A stretch of DNA of 10,022 nucleotides from NCBI GenBank assembly GCA_048885535.1, contig JBHLLO010000088.1, positions 1 to 10,022 of the forward strand, read 5' to 3'. Under the pieces are notes generated by a model. The model was not told the origin of the DNA and searched no databases. It worked only from the letters and a program-made list of their open reading frames with translations. Within the stretch, counting starts at the first letter, position 1, and each line of letters starts with the position of its first letter. The DNA is from Candidatus Hermodarchaeota archaeon (GTDB lineage Archaea > Asgardarchaeota > Lokiarchaeia > Sigyniarchaeales > SOKP01). The translations under genes and the position numbers were made by a program. Shown here piece after piece: positions 1 to 6,219 of this stretch.

Positions 1-413
1 TCAAAAGCTTCGATGGCTAATTCAATAATTTCTTGAAATGCCATGGCATCTTGAAGGTTACCTTCTACAGTTATGTCTCCAGCCATATAAGCGCTTGTTG
101 CGTCAACTTCTCCGAAGAGTAGGCCTAATGCAACTTCTTTATTAGCAGAAAAGGTAAAAGAAGGATTATCTACTTCTCCTTCTCCATACTCGAGTATTCC
201 GTCATGGGCTTTCATCCAAGCTTTCGTGTCAGCATCAGTAACAATCATTTGGACGGTAATGTCCATATCTTCTAATTCTTCTTTCAAATCTTCATTCTCT
301 TCTGCAATTTGCTTGAAGAGTTCATACATTTTCAAAGCAAAGCTTATATCAGTCGCAGCAGCTCCTGCGTCTAATTTTTCCTTAACTTCATCTATTAATG
401 CTTGATCGACCAT
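1..413 (-). CDS. SCP2 sterol/lipid-binding domain protein (3' end truncated by window edge)
   Basis: Not in the ORF track; translated by hand from ATG at 413: MVDQALIDEVKEKLDAGAAATDISFALKMYELFKQIAEENEDLKEELEDMDITVQMIVTDADTKAWMKAHDGILEYGEGEVDNPSFTFSANKEVALGLLFGEVDATSAYMAGDITVEGNLQDAMAFQEIIELAIEAF..., open to base 1. GEVDATSAYMAGDITVEGNL is the typical SCP2 C-terminal signature. AGGTTGA SD-like site upstream. Confidence 0.88.
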   Translation of the reverse strand, partial: MVDQALIDEVKEKLDAGAAATDISFALKMYELFKQIAEENEDLKEELEDMDITVQMIVTDADTKAWMKAHDGILEYGEGEVDNPSFTFSANKEVALGLLFGEVDATSAYMAGDITVEGNLQDAMAFQEIIELAIEAF

Positions 414-632
414 TTTGGTTTTTCAACCTTTTTTTATTTTTTAACCCTTTAAATCTAAAATTTTATATTTTGAATTTTTTTAAAATTGTGATTTAGATAA
501 TTCTTTTTGATTTAAAAAACTTTGAACTTTTTAACGAAGTATTAGCAAAAAGTTTTTATAGATACTTAAAATATTTTTGATTTTTAAAAACTTAGTATAT
601 TAATATAATCAAAAATGGCGCCCACAGCGGGA

Positions 633-662
633 TTTTCTTCATATGTGGAAAACACACATTAC
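633..662 (-). other. 30-nt tRNA intron in T-loop (about position 59/60)
   Basis: GTAATGTGTGTTTTCCACATATGAAGAAAA interrupts TTCAAA^T. Internal hairpin ATGTG/CACAT; exon TTCA can pair with intron TGAA. The boundary can slide between 56/57 and 59/60 because of the A runs. Confidence 0.85.
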
Positions 663-708
663 TTTGAACCCGCGTCGCAGGAGTGACAGTCCCGAATGCT
701 GAACCGAG

Positions 709-738
709 TTTTGCGCTTCTTTTAAATAAAGATAAACT
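709..738 (-). other. ~30-32-nt tRNA intron in D-loop (about position 15/16)
   Basis: AGTTTATCTTTATTTAAAAGAAGCGCAAAA(CT) lies between G15 and the (CT)CGG containing G18G19. Helices GAGTTT/AAACTC and TCTTT/AAAGA are possible; exon GTGT can pair with intron GCGC. The 3' boundary is uncertain by about 2 nt. Confidence 0.8.
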
Positions 739-954
739 CTACACTATGTGGGCTTAATTTATAGTTTTATATCAGAAAAAATAAATAAAAGTATAAAAAT
801 TTTATTCTCACATTTCATAGCTCTCTTTTTTCTCTTTAAAATTATGAAGAATCTACACTTTTAGATCTTAATAAATAGGGATAAAAAACAAATAAATACG
901 AGGAAAAAGATAATCATTTATAGGTATAAGAATTTTAGATTTTGTAATAGAATT

Positions 955-1389
955 ATGGCTGCTAATGATCCTATTAATTCGTTATTAGAAGTTTTGGAAA
1001 AGGATAAAAAGCAGTTTGTGAAAGTTTTAGATAAAATCATCAGAATAGGAGTAAAAGCTTTTAATTCCGCAGAAGAGCTCAAAGAAGAACTTGTAGGATT
1101 TGATGATATTTATCAAACTTATATTAAAGATGTAGATTTTAGCTATTGGTTAAAAATAGCAAACGGAAAAATGGATTATCAAAAAGGAGATAATCCAGAT
1201 GCTCTTTTTAGGATGAATTACACCTCAGAGATGGTAATTAAGATTTTAAAGGGGGAAATTAGCGGTACGGATGCCTTTATGAGAGGAAAGCTTATTGTCG
1301 AAGGCGATCTAACTCAAGGTTTAAGATATGTAAAACTTTTTCGCATGTTTTTTAAATATATCCAAAAAAAGAATCACTCTGCTAATTGA
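955..1389 (+). CDS. SCP2 sterol/lipid-binding domain protein
   Basis: YWLKIANGKMDYQKGDNPDA...GEISGTDAFMRGKLIVEGDL SCP2 motif; aligns by eye with the flanking paralogs. TTTATA at 917-922 upstream. Confidence 0.88.
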   Translation: MAANDPINSLLEVLEKDKKQFVKVLDKIIRIGVKAFNSAEELKEELVGFDDIYQTYIKDVDFSYWLKIANGKMDYQKGDNPDALFRMNYTSEMVIKILKGEISGTDAFMRGKLIVEGDLTQGLRYVKLFRMFFKYIQKKNHSAN

Positions 1390-1497
1390 ATAACGATTAT
1401 CATCGCTATATTATATCCTAATATATATTACGAATTTTTAAATGATCATGAGTTAATTCAAATAATAATCTCCATATTTATAGATTGATTTTAAGAG

Positions 1498-1938
1498 ATG
1501 ACAACGGATTCTAAAGTACTCCATTCAATGTTAAATGCGTTACAATTAACCGATGATGCCTTCAAGACTAATATTGATAAATTAATGAGCGTGGGAGTAA
1601 AGATTGCTAACAAATCAAAAGACTTTCAAGACGAATTAAGATTGTTTGGAGACATGACCTTCCATCTTTATCTGAAAGACATCGATTTTAATATTTGGAT
1701 TACTAGCTTAGATGGAATTTTAACATATAATACTAGTTTCTATGAACCTGTAACTAAAAAAAGAAGGACCATTCATTTTATTCTCATGAAGGAGACATTG
1801 AAACGTATATTTACTAAAGAGATGGATGCCGCAGAAGCTTATATGAAGGGTTTTATTGAATTTGATGGAAGTTTCTCTGATGCTATGATAGCAAAAAACC
1901 TAATAAAAATATATTCTAATTGCTTGGAACATTTATGA
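1498..1938 (+). CDS. SCP2 sterol/lipid-binding domain protein (divergent paralog)
   Basis: KDIDFNIWITSLDGILTY and KEMDAAEAYMKGFIEFDGSFSDA are collinear with 955..1389 (KDVDFSYWLKIANGKMDY and GEISGTDAFMRGKLIVEGDLTQG). Confidence 0.8.
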   Translation: MTTDSKVLHSMLNALQLTDDAFKTNIDKLMSVGVKIANKSKDFQDELRLFGDMTFHLYLKDIDFNIWITSLDGILTYNTSFYEPVTKKRRTIHFILMKETLKRIFTKEMDAAEAYMKGFIEFDGSFSDAMIAKNLIKIYSNCLEHL

Positions 1939-2013
1939 GAAAAAATATAGAAATTTTTTTTAGAAATAAAATATGAGATTATTATAGCTAATACTTTATA
2001 AGTCCCTATATCA

Positions 2014-2117
2014 GGGCCTATAATCTAGTCTGGATTTGATTTCCTATTGATGAAATTAACAGAAAGGGTGCCCGGCTTCGGACTGGGATGTCGCAGGTTC
2101 GAATCCTGCTAGGCCCG
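2014..2117 (+). tRNA. tRNA-Arg(UCG) with D-loop intron; CCA not encoded
   Basis: GGGCCTA-TA-ATCT-AGTCTGGA[intron ~2035-2064]A-GGGT-G-CCCGG-CT-TCG-GA-CTGGG-ATGTC-GCAGG-TTCGAAT-CCTGC-TAGGCCC-G. Perfect acceptor and T stems, A20 Arg identity element, G37; followed by CTTTT. Confidence 0.92.
2035..2064 (+). other. ~29-31-nt tRNA intron in D-loop (about position 20/21)
   Basis: 4-bp helix TCTG(2029-2032)/CAGA(2060-2063), 3-nt bulge GAT(2033-2035), then an 8-bp intron helix TTGATTTC(2036-2043)/GAAATTAA(2052-2059). This is a relaxed bulge-helix-bulge/loop motif. Confidence 0.85.
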
Positions 2118-2202
2118 CTTTTCTAGAAACATAGAGTAAATAGCCGGTTTAAATATAAAAATTCTTAAAAAAAAAGAAATTTGAGATTTAATTTGGTTTT
2201 AT

Positions 2203-2517
2203 TTAAAAGAATATGAATCCAGGCCCAATATTCATTATAATAATAGCTACAAAGGGAAGGAATCCAAGAGTTCCTATCACTAATCCTGCTATTGCTAAAC
2301 CACGTGAATCATCCTTTTTAATTCCTATTGCTCCACAGATTATCGCTACTGCAAGAAAGGCTACTGGAAGAAATCCTAATATTATTAAAAGAAAAATTGG
2401 TGTAGTTATGAATGGTGAGAGTACCATAAAGATATAGCTAACATAAACACCTACAATTAAAAGAGCTACTCCAATTATACCAAATATTAAAGCAATAATA
2501 CCAAGTGTTTTTCCCAT
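2203..2517 (-). CDS. Small membrane protein, 3 predicted TM helices, DUF4190-like
   Basis: Three hydrophobic stretches; GAIGIKKDDSRGLAIAGLVIG resembles the DUF4190 GxGLAIAGLVLG pattern. GAGAG upstream of ATG; upstream BRE/TATA. Confidence 0.7.
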   Translation of the reverse strand: MGKTLGIIALIFGIIGVALLIVGVYVSYIFMVLSPFITTPIFLLIILGFLPVAFLAVAIICGAIGIKKDDSRGLAIAGLVIGTLGFLPFVAIIIMNIGPGFIFF

Positions 2518-2583
2518 ATTTATCTCTCATTAGATTTCTTTTTTTAATTAAATTTAGTATAGATTGTAATATTGATATTATTG

Positions 2584-2598
2584 TATATAAGTTTTTTT
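2584..2598 (-). promoter_or_regulatory. Putative BRE/TATA promoter of the membrane protein gene
   Basis: Minus strand AAAAAAACTTATATA, 66 nt upstream of ATG 2517. Confidence 0.45.
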
Positions 2599-2758
2599 AG
2601 GATTACACTAAAAAAATATATATTTACAAATTAATGAATTGCCTAGGCTATCTTTTAAGAATAATATGGTATTATATATGTTTTTTAGCAATAATTTTTT
2701 ATAACAAATTATTAGATCAATTTATTATGAGGATTTGATTAGAAAGGCTATTTATTAT

Positions 2759-2952
2759 TTTGTGCTAATGAAACAAAATTGTACTATTATTTAAATATTT
2801 AAATTCATTTCTGTTTTCTTATCTCATAATAGAGTTTAATTAGCACAAATAGATCATTTTTTTGTACACAAATGGCTTTTATTAACACAAAAGTTTATAA
2901 ATGCAAAAATAATATTTATTTGTTAGCAAAGAAAAAAAATTATTAACACAAT
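2759..2952. repeat. Repeated 11-mer ATTARCACAAA (candidate operator array)
   Basis: TTTGTGCTAAT 2759-2769 (inverted copy), ATTAGCACAAA 2839-2849, ATTAACACAAA 2881-2891, GTTAGCAAAGA 2922-2932 (degenerate), ATTAACACAAT 2942-2952; partial TACACAAA 2865-2872. Confidence 0.6.
2886..2901 (+). promoter_or_regulatory. Putative BRE/TATA promoter of the longin gene
   Basis: CACAAAAG-TTTATAAA (TATA 2894-2901), about 70 nt upstream of ATG 2971. Confidence 0.55.
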
Positions 2953-2970
2953 AATAAATCCCAAAACATA

Positions 2971-3771
2971 ATGATTATACTAGAAGACTCTATTCCTGAA
3001 ATAATAGATGGGCATCATCCTTTAGAAATGTTAGGCTTAGGGTTAGTGTCAATAACGCCTAGAAATCATAATGTAATCTTACATAAGGGGATGGGAACCC
3101 CACTTCTGAATAAATTAATTAAATTATATAAGGATGAAATTATTCAAAAGCGAGAAGGAAAAATCATAGACTTATTAGGGAGCTTTACGGTTTATATTCA
3201 CTTTTATGAAGTAGAAAGAGAAATTATAACTATTTTTTATGTAAATGAAAAAGATAAATTAATTAAATATGAAAGTTTGTGCTCAATTTCGAATATTTTG
3301 CTAAGATGTTATTGTTCAAATGTTTCTACTCTAGAACTAAATCGCGTTTGTAATAAAATCATTCCTTGTGTGAAGGGAATATCAGCATTATTTATAATTT
3401 ATAATAGTGGTCATTCATTATTCAATAAGATTAACAAGGAAAAAAAATTTTTAGCTGATAATTATATCCAAGTAAGCGGGTTTATATCAGCGATCTTAGC
3501 ATTTTCAAAAGAAGTAATAGGAAGAGAATCTGGAGAAAGTCTTCAGGCAATCAATTTTGAAAATGAAAGATTTTTTGTACATGTAAGAGATAATGTAATT
3601 TTTGCTTACCTTATAGATAAAAAAAATGAATCAAAGAATCTTAAGAGATTTATAGAATTGATTGCTGATGAGTTTATGGAGCTTTTTAATACCAATTTAA
3701 AAGATTTTAACGGAGATGTAACACCTTTCGGAGATTTTGAGCGGATTGTTGATAATTACTTAATAATTTAA
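2971..3771 (+). CDS. Longin-like domain protein (C-terminal longin; N-terminal region possibly a second degenerate longin/roadblock fold)
   Basis: ISALFIIYNSGHSLF...QVSGFISAILAFSKEV...LQAINFENERFFVHVRDNVIFAYLID...IADEFMELF...FNGDVTPFGDFERIV matches the beta-beta-alpha-beta-beta-beta-alpha-alpha longin pattern typical of Asgard proteins. Confidence 0.75.
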   Translation: MIILEDSIPEIIDGHHPLEMLGLGLVSITPRNHNVILHKGMGTPLLNKLIKLYKDEIIQKREGKIIDLLGSFTVYIHFYEVEREIITIFYVNEKDKLIKYESLCSISNILLRCYCSNVSTLELNRVCNKIIPCVKGISALFIIYNSGHSLFNKINKEKKFLADNYIQVSGFISAILAFSKEVIGRESGESLQAINFENERFFVHVRDNVIFAYLIDKKNESKNLKRFIELIADEFMELFNTNLKDFNGDVTPFGDFERIVDNYLII

Positions 3772-3899
3772 TTTCTAAGTTGCATTTTTATTCTCCTGTA
3801 TCATCCAAAAAGGCAAATTTCGAACTAAAAGTAAAGTTTATTGCCTTAATCTTTTCTTACCAAAAATATATAAGGTTTTGAGATATAAAATATATAGCA

Positions 3900-4256
3900 A
3901 TGACGATTTTAATAGATTTAGACTTAATTTTAAGGAATTTAATCAGTGAATTAGGATCGTCAGTCTATTTTATTTTAATATCTTCTGAAAATGGAGCGGT
4001 AATTAAATCATATATAAATGAGGAAGAATTCAATAAAGCATCAATTTCCCTTAATATATCACAACTTTATGAATTGGCTGAAGATACTGCTGAATCCATC
4101 GGGTTACACAGCCCAGATTTTAATATTATTCATTCAGATAATTATTATATTTTATCAATCAAAATCGTAGAAAAATTAATTATACTCTTGACCGCTGATC
4201 AGATAAGAGTAAAGGAAGTTTTCAAAATAATTAATAATTCGATTAATACCACTTAA
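3900..4256 (+). CDS. Roadblock/LC7 (LAMTOR2/MglB-like) domain protein
   Basis: 118 aa with alpha-beta-beta-alpha-beta-beta-beta-alpha layout: LRNLISELGSSVYFILISSENGAVIKS...ISQLYELAEDTAESIG...NIIHSDNYYILSIKIVEKLIILLTAD. AAAAATATATAA ends 26 nt before the ATG, consistent with a leaderless transcript. Confidence 0.8.
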   Translation: MTILIDLDLILRNLISELGSSVYFILISSENGAVIKSYINEEEFNKASISLNISQLYELAEDTAESIGLHSPDFNIIHSDNYYILSIKIVEKLIILLTADQIRVKEVFKIINNSINTT

Positions 4257-4270
4257 TAAGAAAAAATATT

Positions 4271-5239
4271 TTATGGAGGATATCTTAATTCATAAATACT
4301 TTTTCCTCCTTTTAAAGGTCCCTTTATATAAGACTCAATCACTTTTGGATCTCTCTGTGTAATCCCCTCTATTGGTGGTAATGTTCCTGGAGGAAAAGTT
4401 TTTAAAATATCGTTAACCAACGTTTCTAGATAATCTAGAAAAGCTTCTATTCCAGGTTTCCCTTTTTCAAAGCTAGCTTTGCTCGGGCATCCTACATGCC
4501 CTTCAGGATACGCTGCAACCTCAATTGGTCCGAACCCTACCTGTCCATACCATCGAATTGGTTTTTGGTAAATGTTTCCAGCTTTATCAACGTGTCCTTC
4601 GGGTATCCATCCGATAACTTTATTATCCTCACAACTATCTATTTCCTTAACCATTTCAGGGAATAAAGTCATTGAAAAAGATGTCTCAGCCTCATCTGCA
4701 TGAATAAATGGAGTTTCAAAAGGACCTCCATGTTCTCGATCCTTGCAATATTCGGGAATAGCATGATACCAATTTACATTACAAATAAGGGCTGGTAATT
4801 GATAATTTTTTGCCCATTCATGAATTGCACTAGGAATAACATACTCTTGACCATGACCATTAAGCAATATCATTTTCCTAAATCCCATGTTCCAGCAACC
4901 AGCAATTACTGATCTTAAGAGCCCTTTAAATATTTCTTCTGGTACAATTATCGTACCTGGCATGCCCATATGATGATATGGATGAGATCCATACCAAATA
5001 GGTTGAGCGACAGTACATCCCGTTTTTTGAGCAACTAATTCAGCCATTCTGGTTACTAAAAAGGTATCTTCACCAATACATGCAGCAGGTCCGTGATTTT
5101 CAGTAGATCCTACAGGAATAATAATCAAGTCATTTTTTTCAATACGTTCCCTAATTTCAACTATGTTCATATTTTGAAGGTATATTCCATCAGCAAGATC
5201 TAAATGTCCGCCTTTAGGGGGTAAATTCCATTTTCCCAA
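4271..5239 (-). CDS. iolN: 3-dehydro-scyllo-inosose (diketo-inositol) hydrolase, creatininase family
   Basis: Creatininase motifs PVGSTENHG, GEDT, NGHG, HADEAETS; long segments match my recollection of Thermotoga maritima TM0413 (GEDTFLVTRMAE, HPYHHxGMPGT, ETPFIHADE, GPIEVxAYPEG). TTG start with GGGTGA SD 6 nt upstream. Confidence 0.9.
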   Translation of the reverse strand: MGKWNLPPKGGHLDLADGIYLQNMNIVEIRERIEKNDLIIIPVGSTENHGPAACIGEDTFLVTRMAELVAQKTGCTVAQPIWYGSHPYHHMGMPGTIIVPEEIFKGLLRSVIAGCWNMGFRKMILLNGHGQEYVIPSAIHEWAKNYQLPALICNVNWYHAIPEYCKDREHGGPFETPFIHADEAETSFSMTLFPEMVKEIDSCEDNKVIGWIPEGHVDKAGNIYQKPIRWYGQVGFGPIEVAAYPEGHVGCPSKASFEKGKPGIEAFLDYLETLVNDILKTFPPGTLPPIEGITQRDPKVIESYIKGPLKGGKSIYELRYPP

Positions 5240-5332
5240 TATTTTTCACCCTTAAAATTAATTTTGTATTAATAAATCTAATTCTGTCTCTCTGTTAAAC
5301 TTTTTAATTGAGGCAAATAATAAAATAATTGT

Positions 5333-6145
5333 ATGTTACTCAGTATAGTTACTGGGTTGAATGAATCCAAGAGTTCTAATGAAGTAGTTATTAAGAAAAT
5401 TACCGATTTATGTGCACTATTAAAACCACTCAGATATAATGGGATCGAATTAAGCCTTTTAGAACCTGAGAAGATTAATGTTACAGACCTATTAGAAGTT
5501 GTTCAATCTTATCAAATTAAAATTCCAGCCTTAGGAACTGGAAGTACTTTTTTAAGGTTTGGTTATTCTTTTGGTGATATCGAGGAATCGATCAGAAAAA
5601 AGGCAATTGAGAGAATGAAGAATTATATTGAATTTGCTCGTGAAACAGAATCAAAAGTCATTATAGGGTTGATAAGAGGACGTTATAGGTTTAATAACAA
5701 CCCCAAAAAAGAAAGATTGAATATAATATCCTCTTTAAAAGAATGCTGTTGGATTGCCCAAAATAATGAAGTTGAACTTCTTTTTGAACCAATAAATCAA
5801 TTTGAGATCGATTCATTCAATACAATCGCTCAATCTTTAGAATTGTTAAAGGAAATTCGTTCAGATAACCTAAAATTACTAATTGATTCTTTTCATATTT
5901 ACTTAGAGGAGGAGCCTGGTTTTATATGGGAGGATTTAAAGGAGGTCGCTCCTCTTGTTGGTCATCTTCATCTAGCAGATACAAATAGGAGAGCCCCTGG
6001 CAGTGGACATTTTGATTTTAAAACATTCTTGGGAATTTTTAAAACAAGTGGATATGATGGTTTTGCTTCAATTGAAACAATAATGAAACCTTCTTTTGAA
6101 GAGGTTGCCAGAAATTCATCAGAATATTTAAGGTTGATTTTGTAG
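5333..6145 (+). CDS. iolO: 5-keto-L-gluconate epimerase-like, xylose-isomerase-like TIM barrel
   Basis: Metal/catalytic motifs EPINQFE, DSFH, HLADTNRRAPGSGHFDF, SIE; ALGTG, IRKKAIER and VIIGLIRGR resemble recalled T. maritima TM0416; located between iolN and iolM. Confidence 0.8.
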   Translation: MLLSIVTGLNESKSSNEVVIKKITDLCALLKPLRYNGIELSLLEPEKINVTDLLEVVQSYQIKIPALGTGSTFLRFGYSFGDIEESIRKKAIERMKNYIEFARETESKVIIGLIRGRYRFNNNPKKERLNIISSLKECCWIAQNNEVELLFEPINQFEIDSFNTIAQSLELLKEIRSDNLKLLIDSFHIYLEEEPGFIWEDLKEVAPLVGHLHLADTNRRAPGSGHFDFKTFLGIFKTSGYDGFASIETIMKPSFEEVARNSSEYLRLIL

Positions 6146-6219
6146 GATTAATATAGAAAACTGGATTTCAATTAGAATTATATATTATGTTAAATTTGGA
6201 TGGAAATGTAAATCGCATT

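Larger units (their letters stand above)
616..753 (-). tRNA. tRNA-Asp(GUC) with two non-canonical introns; CCA encoded
   Basis: Minus strand: GCCCACA-TA-GTGT-AG[intron ~738-709]CTCGGTTCA-GCAT-T-CGGGA-CT-GTC-AC-TCCTG-CGAC-GCGGG-TTCAAA[intron 662-633]T-CCCGC-TGTGGGC-G-CCA. Perfect acceptor and T stems, G73 discriminator, 4-nt variable loop, about 78 nt after splicing; followed by a T5 tract. Confidence 0.92.

Noticed and set aside
1-3. TGA on the minus strand as stop of the first SCP2 gene
   Set aside because: Out of frame; the reading frame continues past the window edge.
2004-2016. CCCT/AGGG hairpin overlapping the tRNA-Arg 5' end
   Set aside because: Only 4 bp; would not compete with the 7-bp acceptor stem.
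616-2117. tRNA-flanked segment as an integrated element
   Set aside because: No duplicated tRNA 3' end (att site), integrase or transposase seen.
2213-2437. 74-aa plus-strand ORF
   Set aside because: Antisense shadow of the hydrophobic 2203..2517 gene; I/P/K/N-rich composition is typical of the reverse strand of membrane protein genes.
2789-2804. 16-bp palindrome ATTTAAATATTTAAAT
   Set aside because: Pure A/T in a very AT-rich intergenic region and not centred between the inverted 11-mers; plausibly chance.
2759-2952. Repeats as a CRISPR array or ORB replication origin
   Set aside because: Units are only 11 bp, mixed in orientation and lack spacer-sized regularity; no ORB G-string and no cas or cdc6 gene in the window.
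4271-5239. Annotation as creatininase or mycofactocin MftE
   Set aside because: Sequence details and the iolM/iolO neighbours point to IolN; no mft genes are present.
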